From positions 828 through 64,827 of the forward strand of contig CAVXBJ010000037.1 of assembly GCA_963759915.1 (NCBI GenBank): 64,000 nt of DNA. The letters are read 5' to 3'. The notes beneath the pieces are model-generated. The model did no database searches. It was not told the origin of the DNA and was given only the letters and a program-made list of their open reading frames with translations. The position numbers and the translations under genes were made by a program. Positions 24,459-34,292 of the stretch are shown piece after piece. The stretch comes from an uncultured Actinomycetota bacterium. Its GTDB lineage: Bacteria > Actinomycetota > Actinomycetes > Propionibacteriales > Propionibacteriaceae. Each line of letters opens with the position of its first letter. The stretch's first letter is position 1.

Positions 24459-26120
24459 CTACTTGGTGTCGTCGCTCGTGCCCTCGGTGTCGCCCGATGC
24501 GGAGACCTCGCCCCCCTCGGCTTCGGCGTCCTCGGCGGGCAGCTCGCCGCCTTCGCCGTCCTCGGCCTCCGGGTCCACGTCCTCACCGCTCTCCGAGCCC
24601 AGCTCGGCCTCCGGCTCGGTCGCCTCCTGGTCGGACTCCGCCTCGGCGGGATCCTGGTCGGCCGTGGCCTCGGCGGAGATCTCGTCCTCGACGGCTGCGG
24701 TGGCGGCCGCGTCGTCGTCGGTCTCGGCGGCGGTCACGGCGTTGGCGCTGGTTGCCGAGGTCGGATCGGTGGCAGCCGACCAGGTGCTGGCCGGCGAGGT
24801 GGCCGGACCGGACGGTGCGGTCGCCTTCGGCACGTACGGCGCGGTGGGCCTGGCCGCCTGCCAGTCCGCATCCGAGCTGCCGAGCAGCTTGCGGGCGACG
24901 ATGGCCGCGATGCCGCCCACGGCGATGACGATGGCCAGCCGCTTCAGCCAGCGACTCTTCGGCTTGGGCGCGGGCACCTCACCTTTGGCGGCGGCGACCA
25001 CGGCCTTGCCGCGACCGGCGGCCTCGGCGACGACCGCCTTGCCCCGATCGGTGGCCTCGACCACGATCGGCGCGGCGGCTGCCGCGGCCAGCGCCTCGGC
25101 CAGCTTGGGGAGGAGGTCGTCGTGCATCTTGGTCCTGGCGGCCTCGACGGCGGGCGGCACCTTGTCCAGGGCGTCCTCGAAGACGGGGCCGAACTTCTCG
25201 ACCGCGTCGTGGGCCACCTGGGCGCCACGCTGCTTCGCCGACTTGGGTAGGGGAGGTGTCACTGACTGCTGCGGGTGCGCGTGCGGCGCGTCGTCGCGTT
25301 CGGCGGTGGTCATGGTGTTGGCGCGTGCGAGGTCGGATCGGTGGCAGCCGACGAGGTGCTGGTTGGCGAGGTGGTCGGATTGTAGGGTGCGGTCGCCTTC
25401 GGCATGTACGGCGCGGTGGGCCTGGCTGCTTGCGAGTCCGCATCCGAGCTGCCGAGCAGCTTGCGGGCGACGATGGCCGCGATGCCGCGGACGGCGATGA
25501 CGATGGCCAACCGCTTCAGCCAGCGGCTCTTCGGCTTGGGAGCGGTGCACCTCACCCTTGGTGGCGGCGACGACGGCCTTGCCGCGACCAGCGGCCTCGG
25601 CAACGACGGCCTTGCCACGATCGGTGGCCTCGACCACGAGAGGCGCGGCGGCTGCGGCGGCCAGCGCCTCGGCGAGCTTCGGGAAGAGGTCGTCGTGCAT
25701 CTTGGTCCTGGCGGCTTCGACGGCGGGCGGCACCTTGTCCAGGGCGTCCTCGAAGACGGGGCCGAACTTCTCGACCGCGTCGTGGGCCACCTGGGCGCCA
25801 CGCTGCTTGGCCGACTTGGCGTACGGGCCGACGGTGTCACTGACCTGCTGCGCGTACGGCCCGACCTTGTCGCCGACGACGTCCGCCGCGTGCTGGGCGT
25901 ACGGGCTGACGGAGTCGACGGCTTGCTGCGCGTACGGTGCGACCCGCTCCTTCGCCTGCTGGGCGTAGGGGCTGACCGCGTCGGCCGCCTGGTGGGCGAG
26001 CGGTCCGACCTTGTCCGCGGCCGCACTGAGGCGGTCGGCCGCCAGATGAGCGAAGTCCTGCACCGCCGGCACGACCTCCTCGGTCACCACCTCGGCTGGG
26101 CTGCTCTTCTTCCCCATCAC
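24459..26120 (-). CDS. hypothetical Ala-rich protein with 11-aa amphipathic repeats, TM helix and acidic tail; carries an internal ~573-bp duplication
   Basis: Repeats of the type V.PYAQQA.D.; divergent from ppiA; GGAGG RBS. Confidence 0.7.
   Translation of the reverse strand: MMGKKSSPAEVVTEEVVPAVQDFAHLAADRLSAAADKVGPLAHQAADAVSPYAQQAKERVAPYAQQAVDSVSPYAQHAADVVGDKVGPYAQQVSDTVGPYAKSAKQRGAQVAHDAVEKFGPVFEDALDKVPPAVEAARTKMHDDLFPKLAEALAAAAAAPLVVEATDRGKAVVAEAAGRGKAVVAATKGEVHRSQAEEPLAEAVGHRHRRPRHRGHRRPQAARQLGCGLASSQAHRAVHAEGDRTLQSDHLANQHLVGCHRSDLARANTMTTAERDDAPHAHPQQSVTPPLPKSAKQRGAQVAHDAVEKFGPVFEDALDKVPPAVEAARTKMHDDLLPKLAEALAAAAAAPIVVEATDRGKAVVAEAAGRGKAVVAAAKGEVPAPKPKSRWLKRLAIVIAVGGIAAIVARKLLGSSDADWQAARPTAPYVPKATAPSGPATSPASTWSAATDPTSATSANAVTAAETDDDAAATAAVEDEISAEATADQDPAEAESDQEATEPEAELGSESGEDVDPEAEDGEGGELPAEDAEAEGGEVSASGDTEGTSDDTK
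24720..25860. repeat. ~573-bp tandem duplication inside the CDS
   Basis: AGGGCGTCCTCGAAGACGGGGCCGAACTTCTCGACCGCGTCGTGGGCCACCTGGGCGCCACGCTGCTT is identical at 25168 and 25741. Confidence 0.9.
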
Positions 26121-26297
26121 ATTCCTCCATCGTCAGGTGCGGCAGGTGATCCCCGAACCGAGCGTGGGCTGCCGAATTCGACCACCGTACCGCCCATCCG
26201 GTCGCCCGCTCGGGGCCGGTCTCCTTGCCCACGCATGACAGGATGGCTCCCGATCTCCTCGACCACCGACGGAGACTGACGGAAGGTACGACGACCG

Positions 26298-26813
26298 GTG
26301 GCCACCACGGCGACACTGCACACCAATCACGGTGACATCATCATCAACCTCTTCCCCGATCACGCCCCGAAGACGGTGGCGAACTTCGTCGGACTCGCGT
26401 CCGGCACCAAGGAGTACGCCGACCCGGAGACCGGCGCGCCGACCAAGGGCAAGTTCTACGACGGTCTCGTCTTCCACCGGGTGATCGACGGCTTCATGAT
26501 CCAGGGCGGCTGCCCGCTGGGTACCGGCACCGGCGGCCCGGGTTACGCCTTCGCCGACGAGTTCCACCCCGAGCTCGCCTTCAACAAGCCGTACCTGCTG
26601 GCCATGGCGAACGCCGGGCCGGGCACGAACGGCTCGCAGTTCTTCATCACCGTCGGCCCGACGCCGCACCTGAACCGCAAGCACACGATCTTCGGCGAGG
26701 TGGCCGACCAGGCCAGCCGCGACGTCGTGGACGAGATCGCCACGGTGAAGACCGGCCGGATGGACCGCCCGGCCGAGCCCGTCGTCATCACGTCCGTCGA
26801 CATCGCCGAGTGA
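26298..26813 (+). CDS. ppiA: cyclophilin-type peptidyl-prolyl cis-trans isomerase
   Basis: APKTVANFVGLA, FHRVIDGFMIQGG, LAMANAGPGTNGSQFFIT, HTIFGEV. Confidence 0.96.
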   Translation: MATTATLHTNHGDIIINLFPDHAPKTVANFVGLASGTKEYADPETGAPTKGKFYDGLVFHRVIDGFMIQGGCPLGTGTGGPGYAFADEFHPELAFNKPYLLAMANAGPGTNGSQFFITVGPTPHLNRKHTIFGEVADQASRDVVDEIATVKTGRMDRPAEPVVITSVDIAE

Positions 26814-26846
26814 CGTCCGCCGCCGGCGACTGAGCCAGGGGGCTTC

Positions 26847-27691
26847 GTGAGCGAGCCAGGGCCGAGCTTCACCGCCCCGAACTTCACCGGCTGCTACCGG
26901 CACCCGGAGCGGATGACCGGCATCAGCTGCCAGCGGTGCCGGCGTCCGATCTGCGGCGAGTGCATGACCGAGGCGTCGGTCGGGTTCCAGTGCCCGCGGT
27001 GCGTCGGGATCGGTCGTGCGAGCGTCCGGCAGGCCCGGACGCGATTCGGCGCGGCCGTGCGCCCCGGCGGCGCGCTCGCGACCAAGGTGCTGATGGGCAC
27101 CTTCGTCGCGGTCTGGCTGCTCGACCTGGTCACCGGCGGTCTGGCCTCGGGCCTGCTCGCGATGAGCAACAGCTACGTGGCGATGGGCCAGTTCTGGCGG
27201 CTGGTGACGACGTCGTTCGTCTCGGGCCAGCTGCTCGGGCGTGCTGATGAACCTGCTGGTGCTCTGGCTCGCCGGACGCGCGCTGGAGTCGGAGCTGGGC
27301 AGCTGGCGGTTCACGTCTGCTGTTCCTGGCCTCGGGCTTCGGCGGAGCGACCCTGTTCTTCCTGCTCGCGCCCGTCGGCTCCTGGTCGGTCGGGGCGGCG
27401 TCGGCGATCGTCGGTCTGCTGGCCGCCAACACGATCGGCAAGGCCAAGACCGGTGAGGACGTGCGCCCCGACATCGGACTGCTCGTGCTGCTCGTCCTCT
27501 ACGCGGTGCTGGTCGGGTTCTCCAGCTTCGGCTGGGTCAGCCTGATCGGCGGCATCATCATCGGCGGCGTGTCCGGCGCGATCCTCGCGTACGCGCCCCG
27601 CCAGAACCGGATGGCCATCCAGCTGGTCGGCATGCTCGCCCTGGTCGCCGTCTGCCTCGGCCTGGTGGTGGCCAAGATCGCTCTCTGGTGA
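26847..27691 (+). CDS. rhomboid family intramembrane protease with N-terminal zinc finger (frameshifted)
   Basis: CYRHP...CQRCRRPICGECM.EASVGFQCP.C, WRLVT, N..VLW.AGRALE, VGAASAIVGL. Confidence 0.85.
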
Positions 27692-27701
27692 CTCTCGGAC
27701 C

Positions 27702-27795
27702 GCCGTCGGTGGCTCGGCGGTGGTATCTGGTGGGGCGGCGGGGTCGTGGGTGGCCGTTGGTGGCTCGGCGGTGGTTTCCGGCTGGGGCGGCGGGA
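27702..27795. repeat. two direct ~51-bp-period repeats between convergent genes
   Basis: GCCGTyGGTGGCTCGGCGGTGGT at 27702 and 27753. Confidence 0.7.
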
Positions 27796-27855
27796 CGTCG
27801 GACCACTCGTGGTGACGTCGCGGCGACATCCGGTCAGTGTCGCGCGAGTCCCGTC

Positions 27856-28014
27856 TCAGACCCGGCTGGCGCTCGGCACCGGAACCGGCTCGTACGACGG
27901 GGGCCGGGCCACCGAGATCACGATCACGAGCGAGACCACGAAAGCGATGACCAGGACCCCGAGCACGATCAGCAGGGGCCGCGGCACCCGCGTGGTCGGC
28001 GGGGCGGTGCTCAC
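27856..28014 (-). CDS. small (52-aa) single-pass membrane protein
   Basis: MSTAPPTTRVPRPLLIVLGVLVIAFVVSLVIVISVARPPSYEPVPVPSASRV*; GTGA overlap with the Lrp/AsnC stop. Confidence 0.6.
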   Translation of the reverse strand: MSTAPPTTRVPRPLLIVLGVLVIAFVVSLVIVISVARPPSYEPVPVPSASRV

Positions 28015-28289
28015 GCTTCGCCGAGGGAGAAGGCGGCCTCCAGGTCGTGGCTGGAGTAGGCCCGGAACGCGATGTGCGTCTCGGTCTCCCGTACGCCGAC
28101 CACCTTGTTCAGCCGGTCGGCGACCACGTCGGCCACCTGCTCGTGGCCGGCCACCCGGACGAGCACGATGAGGTCGATCGCACCGGTGACCGAGTAGACC
28201 TCGCTGACGCCCGGGAGGGCGGCGATCTCCTCGGCGATCTCGGGGATCCGGGCCACGTCGGCCTTGACGAAGACGATCGCGGTCAGCAT
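28011..28289 (-). CDS. stand-alone Lrp/AsnC ligand-binding domain protein
   Basis: MLTAIVFVKAD...GVSEVYSVTGAIDL...TETHIAFRAYSSHDLEAAF; TAGGAT -10 element (leaderless). Confidence 0.92.
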   Translation of the reverse strand: MLTAIVFVKADVARIPEIAEEIAALPGVSEVYSVTGAIDLIVLVRVAGHEQVADVVADRLNKVVGVRETETHIAFRAYSSHDLEAAFSLGEA

Positions 28290-28415
28290 GAGCGACATCC
28301 TAAGGACACGGGTCCTCCGGCCCTGTCTCCCGTCCCCGGTCGACGGGTAGCCGCACCTCGGATGCGCGCCCGAGTCGGCGACCGCCGCCGCCGCCGAGCG
28401 CGGGACGCGTCGACC

Positions 28416-30149
28416 TCAGAGCGCGGCGCGGCCGGCGCCGACGTCCAGCTCCGACACCAGGCTCGGGTGATCCAGGGTCGCATGCAGGGGCCACGCCCAG
28501 TCGCCGGTGAGCTCCATCAGCCGCGACCCCGGCTGCTCCAACCACGCGGCGATCCGTTCGGTCTCCTCGATCCCGGCGGCCGGTAGCGGACCCACCGGAG
28601 GCAGCACGGTCTCGGCCGTGGCCCGCACGGCCCGGGCGATGGCCTGGGGAACGTCGCTCGGGCGAGCCACTCCCGCCGCGGCCAGCCGGCCGTACCGGAT
28701 GACGTGGATCTCCCAGTTGTCGCCGTTGCGCCGGGCGGCGACGATCTCGGGACAGGCGGCGAGACTGCGTACCCGATGGAAACGGGCGCCGGTCCGGATC
28801 AGGCTGTCCAGCCGGCCGCGGATCGCGGCCGCCTCCTCGAACCGCTGCTCGGCGGCCAGCCGCTGCAACCTCTCCCGCAGACCCCGAACCGCGGGGCGTA
28901 CGTCCTCGGCCAACGCCGAGCGGACCTGCTCGACCAGGTCGGCGTATCCGTCCACCGAGATCGCCCCGGTGCAGGGAGCCGCGCAGCGGTCCAGGTCGGC
29001 CAGCACGCACGCGGGCGAGGGCCGGCGGGTGCTCAGTCGCTGGGTGCACTGCCGGATCGGGAACCCGTCGTACACGGCGAGGACGACCTCCTCGGCCGAC
29101 TTCCGTCGCCGGAACGGTCCGAAGTAGGTGGCGCCGTCGTCCCGCACGGCTCGCACCACGCTCAGCCGGGGATACGCCTCCTCGGTGATCTTGATCCACA
29201 GGTTCCGCTCGGGGAACTTGGAACGGCGGTTGTAGCGCGGCGCGTGACTGGCGATGAGGCGCAGCTCGATGACCTCGGCCTGCAGCGCGGTGGCGCAGGG
29301 CACCGCCTCGACCCCGGTCGCGACCCTGACCATCTCCTCCATCCGCGGCCGCTTCTCCGCTGCGGTGAAGTAGGTCCGCACCCGACGCCGGATGTTGCGC
29401 GACGTGCCCACGTACAGCACCTCACGGCTGTCGTCGCGCTCCGCGACGAAGAGGTAAACGCCCGGCTGCTCGGGCAGGTCCTTGGCCCAGGTCCGCTTCG
29501 CGCGGCGTTGGGGTGACACGCGCCGGGTGAACTCGCGGAGATCCTCGATCGTCTGCACCCCGAGGTTGCCCACCCGCTCGATCAGCGCGTGCAGCACGTC
29601 GACGGTGGCCTCCGCGTCGGTCAGCGCCCGGTGGTTGGGAGTGGTGACGGACCGGAAGTGCGTGGCCAGGGTGGCCAGCCGGCAGTTGGGCACCTCGTCG
29701 CGCAGCAGGATGGCCCGCGCCAGCGAGGCCGTGTCGAGAACGGGCCACTTCGGGTACGGATAGCCGAGCGCCTCGCAGCCTCGTCGCAGGAAGCCGGTGT
29801 CGAACGGGGCGTTGTGCGCCACGATCACCGTGTTCTCGGCGAACGCCAGGAACGCCGGCAGCACCTGACGCAACGGCGGCGCATCAGCGACCATCGTGTT
29901 GGTGATGCCGGTCAGCACGGCGATCAGCGGCGGGATCTGACCCTTCGGGTTGACCAGGGTCTGGAACCGGCCGAGGATCTCGCCGCCCCGCACCTTCACG
30001 GCCCCGAACTCGGTGATCGCGTCGGTCTCGGCCCCGCCGGTGGTCTCGAGGTCGACGACGCAGAACGTCACCTGCGACAGGTGCGTGCCCAGGTCCTCGA
30101 AGGAGTCCTGGAGGCTCGCCCCCGGCGCGGTGGCCCTCGTCGCGATCAT
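28416..30149 (-). CDS. DEDD 3'-5' exonuclease / GIY-YIG (UvrC-like) fusion, Rv2191-like
   Basis: VVDLETTG, VAHNAPFD, HRALTDA; PGVYLF, LYVGTS.NIRRRV..YF, PRYNRR, RFEEAA. Confidence 0.92.
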   Translation of the reverse strand: MIATRATAPGASLQDSFEDLGTHLSQVTFCVVDLETTGGAETDAITEFGAVKVRGGEILGRFQTLVNPKGQIPPLIAVLTGITNTMVADAPPLRQVLPAFLAFAENTVIVAHNAPFDTGFLRRGCEALGYPYPKWPVLDTASLARAILLRDEVPNCRLATLATHFRSVTTPNHRALTDAEATVDVLHALIERVGNLGVQTIEDLREFTRRVSPQRRAKRTWAKDLPEQPGVYLFVAERDDSREVLYVGTSRNIRRRVRTYFTAAEKRPRMEEMVRVATGVEAVPCATALQAEVIELRLIASHAPRYNRRSKFPERNLWIKITEEAYPRLSVVRAVRDDGATYFGPFRRRKSAEEVVLAVYDGFPIRQCTQRLSTRRPSPACVLADLDRCAAPCTGAISVDGYADLVEQVRSALAEDVRPAVRGLRERLQRLAAEQRFEEAAAIRGRLDSLIRTGARFHRVRSLAACPEIVAARRNGDNWEIHVIRYGRLAAAGVARPSDVPQAIARAVRATAETVLPPVGPLPAAGIEETERIAAWLEQPGSRLMELTGDWAWPLHATLDHPSLVSELDVGAGRAAL

Positions 30150-30155
30150 GACGCG

Positions 30156-30177
30156 AAACTAGAGGGAGCCACCGACA
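30156..30177 (-). promoter_or_regulatory. PafBC / RecA-NDp-type promoter, leaderless
   Basis: Minus strand TGTCGG-tggctccctc-TAGTTT-6 nt-ATG, a perfect TGTCGG-N10-TA-N3-T. Confidence 0.8.
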
Positions 30178-30183
30178 GTGCAA

Positions 30184-30330
30184 CCTCTGCTCACTCGCTG
30201 CGCGCCTCTGGGACTCTGCTCTTCCTCCTCGCCCGCCGAGGAAGAGCGTCTCGTCGTGCGCGTCGTCAGCACAGAGTCGGCGCGCCACGCTCCTTCACGG
30301 GGTGCTGCCTCTGCTCACTCGCTGCGCGCC
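30184..30330. repeat. G·A-ladder hairpin repeat, copy D (degenerate; 124-bp period)
   Basis: CCTCTGCTCACTCGCTGCGCGCC at 30184 and 30308; core GACTCTG..TCTTCCTCCTCGC..CGAG-gaagagcgt-CTCG..GTCGTC..CAGAGTC. Confidence 0.75.
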
Positions 30331-30439
30331 CTCGGAACGGGGTCCGGATGGCGCCGCGGAGTCGCGAACGGTGGGTGGGCGAGCGTGGACTCGGGCCGGA
30401 TGGCGCCGGGGAGTCGCGAACGTGTGGCCGGGGAGGCGG

Positions 30440-31258
30440 TCAGGGGACCTCGGCCAGGAGCTCGCCATGCAGGACGGCGAACCAGGCGTCCGGTTGCTCA
30501 CCCCACCAGCGCCAGCCGGCCGAGAGGTCGGCCAGCTCGGCCGCGTCGGCGAGTCCCGCCGCCAGCGCCTGCGTGGCGAACTCGGAGCGGACGACCCGCT
30601 CCGCCCAGGTCTGGGACCACCAGGCGACGTCTTCGGGGTTGGCGAAGCACCAGGTGGACGCGCTGTAGGTCACCGCGCCGAAGCCGGCGTGCTGGGCCCA
30701 CTGCCGCATCCGCCGGGCCGCGTCCGGTTCGCCACCGGCGGCCCGGGCGACCTGGTGGTAGAGCTCCAGCCAGCGGTCCAACCGGGGATCCGCCGGGTAC
30801 CAGGTCATGGCGTCGTAGTCGGCGTCCCGGGCCGCGACCAGGCCGCCGGAGCGCACCACCCGTCGCATCTCCGTCAGCGCCGCCACCGGGTCGGAGAGGG
30901 GCTGCAGCACCTGGTGGGCGTGCGCGACGTCGAAGCTGTCGTCGGCGTACGCGAGGGCGTAGACGTTGCCGACCTCGATCGTGATCCGCCGGGCCCCTCG
31001 CTCCACGGCCAGCTCGCGCGTGGCGGCGACCGCCGCCTCGGCGCTGTCGATGCCGGTGACCCATCCCTCACTCAGGCGCTCGGCGAGGTCGACCGTGATC
31101 GTCCCCGGCCCCATCCCGACGTCGAGCAGCCGGTCCTGCGGACGCAGCTGGGGGAGCAGGTACGCCGCAGAGTTCTCGGCCGTACGCCAGCGGTGCGACC
31201 GCAGTACAGAGGAGTGGTGGCCGTGGGCATACCGATCAGGGTCGCGCGCATCGGTCAT
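30440..31258 (-). CDS. class I SAM-dependent methyltransferase
   Basis: YAHGHHSSVLRSH.WRTAENSAAYL, LLDVGMGPGTIT, FDVAHAHQVL, EMRRVVRSGG. Confidence 0.9.
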   Translation of the reverse strand: MTDARDPDRYAHGHHSSVLRSHRWRTAENSAAYLLPQLRPQDRLLDVGMGPGTITVDLAERLSEGWVTGIDSAEAAVAATRELAVERGARRITIEVGNVYALAYADDSFDVAHAHQVLQPLSDPVAALTEMRRVVRSGGLVAARDADYDAMTWYPADPRLDRWLELYHQVARAAGGEPDAARRMRQWAQHAGFGAVTYSASTWCFANPEDVAWWSQTWAERVVRSEFATQALAAGLADAAELADLSAGWRWWGEQPDAWFAVLHGELLAEVP

Positions 31259-31351
31259 GCCCCGAGCGTCCCGCCGCCCGCGCGGCGAGTCGGATGTCCG
31301 GGAGCAGGGACGCCGCGGACCAACCCGTTTCGACCACTCCAAAGAGCGCGA

Positions 31352-31487
31352 TGCGAGTGACCAATACCAGTACAACCCGGGAAGGAGCGGGTGCGCCGAT
31401 TCCGTCTGGACCGAGGAGGGAGCAAACACGCTTTTCGTTTGCGAGCGAGGACGGGAAGACGACGTCAAAGGGCGCACAGCGAGTGAC
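31352..31487. repeat. G·A-ladder hairpin repeat, copy C (opposite orientation to A, B, D, E, F)
   Basis: TCTGGACCGAGGAGGGAGCAAAC-acgcttttc-GTTTGCGAGCGAGGACGGGAAGA is the reverse complement of the A/B core; GCGAGTGACC occurs twice, 126 bp apart. Confidence 0.85.
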
Positions 31488-31582
31488 CTGAACCAACACT
31501 GTCAGAGGGGTCGTGCAGGGGGACACCCAGATCGGTTCCCACCCCTGGTGGGCCGGCGACGAGGTGGGATGGGGAGATTCGA

Positions 31583-31818
31583 ATGGACACGGTGGATGTG
31601 GACTGCGACTCGTGCGTGGCGAGGGGGCCGGCGTGCTCGGACTGCGTCGTCACGGTGCTGCTGGGTCTCCCCAGCACGGCGTGGACCTGGACGGTGACGA
31701 GCAGCAGGCGCTGGCGGCGCTGGCGACAGCAGGCCTGGTCCCACCGCTTCGGCTGGTGCCCGGTGCCCGCCGGGTGCAAGCGGTGCAGAGCCCGCTGGAG
31801 TGGACCGAGTCGGGGTGA
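31583..31818 (+). CDS. small Cys-rich conserved actinobacterial protein (frameshift ~31680)
   Basis: DCDSCVARGPACSDCVVTVLLG...LDGDEQQALAALATAGLVPPLRL; usual neighbour of the DEDD nuclease and NlpC/P60 genes. Confidence 0.8.
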
Positions 31819-31865
31819 GCGCGGTCCCTGTCAGGAGCCTGTGAACCTGTGAGAACGATTTTGCA

Positions 31866-31888
31866 GTGACCATTCCGTGACCTAACCT
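31866..31888 (+). promoter_or_regulatory. OmpR-family (MtrA-like) direct repeat abutting a -10 element
   Basis: GTGACC-attcc-GTGACC-TAACCT upstream of the NlpC/P60 gene. Confidence 0.5.
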
Positions 31889-31902
31889 TTGGAAGTGACC
31901 TC

Positions 31903-33000
31903 ATGGTGTTCCGAGGCCGTCCGATCCGGGGGACGACTGCGCAGGTTCGCGCGCATGCCGCCCTCGGACTGTCCGCGCTCGCTCTGACCGGCGCCCTCGT
32001 GGCCACCCCCCAGCTGGCGCAGGCTGACCCGCCGTTGACCGTTGACGAGGCCAAGGCCCAGATCGCCCAGCTCGAGACCGAGGCTGCGGCGATCGATCAG
32101 GTAGTACGTCCGAGTCAAGCAGGGCCTGGCGCAGAGCACTGCAACCCCCTGAAGCTGAAGAAGGCCGACGTGAAGAGCCAGACCACGAAGGTCCAGCGTC
32201 TGCGGGTTCAGGCTGGCCAGGTCGCCCTGGCGCAGTTTCAGAATCGTCACCTCGATACAGCGGCGAAGCTGCTGCTGAGTGAGGACACTGATGAGTTCCT
32301 GAGCCAGATGTCCACGGTTGAGAAGGTCAGCGAGAACCAGAACTCCGCCCTCCAGGACTACCAGGAGGAGCAGGCCAAGCTCACCGAGCTCGAGCGCTCC
32401 ACCGAGACCGAGACGGCTCAGCTGAAGAAGGAGCAGCAGACCGAGCTCGACAAGCTCCGGGTCTCCTCCGACAGCAAGATCGCTGAGTCCAAGACCGTGC
32501 TTGCCAAGCTCACCGCAGCAGGAGCGGCAGCGCATCGCCGCCGAAGAGCAGAAGGCTCGCCAAGAGGCCCAGGCCGCTGCCGAAGGCACCACCACCGGAA
32601 ACAACGTTTCCTCCGACTTCGACACTCACCGGTCGTCGACGGCTCGAGCAAGGGCGCCCACGGCGCTGGCTTTCGCGAAGTCGCAGCTCGGCAAGCCCTA
32701 TCGGTACGCGTCGGCCGGGCCCAACGCGTACGACTGCTGGGGGCTCACCTCGGCCGCCTGGTCCAAGGTCGGGGTGTCGCTGCCACGCACGTCCCAGACC
32801 CAGATCGGTGTCGGCCGGTCGGTGGTCGAAGTCGGAGCTCCAGCCCGGCGACCTCGTCTTCTACTACAGCGGCATCACCCATGTTGTCCTTGTACGCCGG
32901 CAACGGGCAGATCGTCCATGCGCCGCGGCCGGGCAAGTCCGTCGAGTACGCCTCGGTTGAACCGATGCCCTTCGCCGGCGCCCGCCGACCGGGCTCAGCG
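31903..33000 (+). CDS. secreted coiled-coil NlpC/P60 (C40) peptidoglycan endopeptidase, RipC-like (frameshifted)
   Basis: Signal peptide (AQA-DP), coiled coil, ALAFAKSQLGKPY..GPNAYDC.GLT, LPRTS, PGDLVFYY, IVHAPRPG; end approximate. Confidence 0.85.
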
Positions 33001-34292
33001 CGACACCGTACCGAGGAGTCTCGCTCCGGGTCCCTTCGGCGTGGTGGTTGACCGGCCTGGTGCTGCTGGGCGAGTTCCCTGGGTGGGTGCTCGCCGACCG
33101 ATGCCTCTGGCGGTACGCCACCGCCGACGTCCGCCGCCGTCCGCGACGAACCACACACGCTCTGAGCGCGCGCAGCTGCTGGTGGACGAGATCGTCACTG
33201 TCGGCTCGACGAGGTGACAGCACAGCTGGTGTTCGTGCCGTCAAGGGACCAGGTGTTTGCCGGTCGCGCCGCGGTCTGGTCCGCCAATCTCGCCCGCATC
33301 GACTGGTCGGTTCTCACCTGGACCGTGGGGTCGCGGACGGGGGAGCGTGCCCTGCCGCCAGGGCAAGCCGTCCTCGGTCCGGGACGCCTGGGTGCAGTCG
33401 GTCCTCCGTCAGCTGGAAGTTGCCCGGTGAATCGCGCACGGCCGAGGAGGGCCTCTGGTTGACCTTCGTCGAAGAGTCGGGGGCCGACGGTCCCGGACCT
33501 CAGCCTGCGTGTGACCGGCGACACCGACGGTCCCGGAGCGGGCTCGCCGGTTCCGATCTGGTGGCAGCAACCGGTGCAGCTGCAACGCGAAGGGATCCGA
33601 CGACGCTGCTCACCGCCGCCGACGACAACGGCATGGCTCGAGCAGGCGTCGGCCGCGCAACGGGCGGTACGGAGACGGATCGGCGTCGCCGATCGTGACC
33701 CCGGCGGCTCGCTGGTCGTCGAGGTACCGCAGAGCCGGACGGCGTTCGAGCGGACGCTCGGCGTCTCCGAGCAGCTCGTACGCGCAGGTAGCTGCCGCTG
33801 CCTGGCCGAGGGGGCCGACACCAGCACCGCCCCTATACCTCGTCGTCAACCGAGGCGACGCCCGGCTGAGCGCCCTCGGCCGAGACGTGCTCCTCACCCA
33901 CGAGGCCGTCCACGTCGCCACCCGGTCTCCCTGGTCCCCGGCGCCGACGCGGCTCGCAGGGTATGCCGACCGGATCGCCTACCGGGCCCACCCGACTGCT
34001 GATGTCCCCGCGAGGGAGGCGGTGCGCGACGACGTTCGACGTAGACGGTGCCGCGTGACGGCCCGCCGAGGGCGACTTCGCGCCGGAGGCGTCCGACCTG
34101 GACCTCACGCTACGACCTGGCCTGGACGGCGCCCGGGTCGATCGCGATGGCGTACGGCGACGACGCCCTGAACTGCTTCGACGCGGCGGTCGACGGCGGG
34201 CGTCCTCGAGGAGGCGGCCGAGAAGATCGGAGCCACGAAGAGGGCAGCGGGAGCGCTGGCGCGCCGACCTCGGGCAGCTGGCGGCGCGATGA
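33000..34292 (+). CDS. Rv2189c-like HExxH peptidase-like protein, heavily frameshifted
   Basis: Fragments GSLVVEVPQS...F, AAAAW, VVN, VLLTHEAVHVATRS, GYAD; syntenic position between NlpC/P60 and GT4. Confidence 0.5.

Noticed and set aside
31500-31521. PafBC-like promoter for the small Cys-rich gene (TGTCAG-N10-CAGGGG)
   Set aside because: The -10 lacks the conserved final T. Plausible given the context but not supportable from this sequence.
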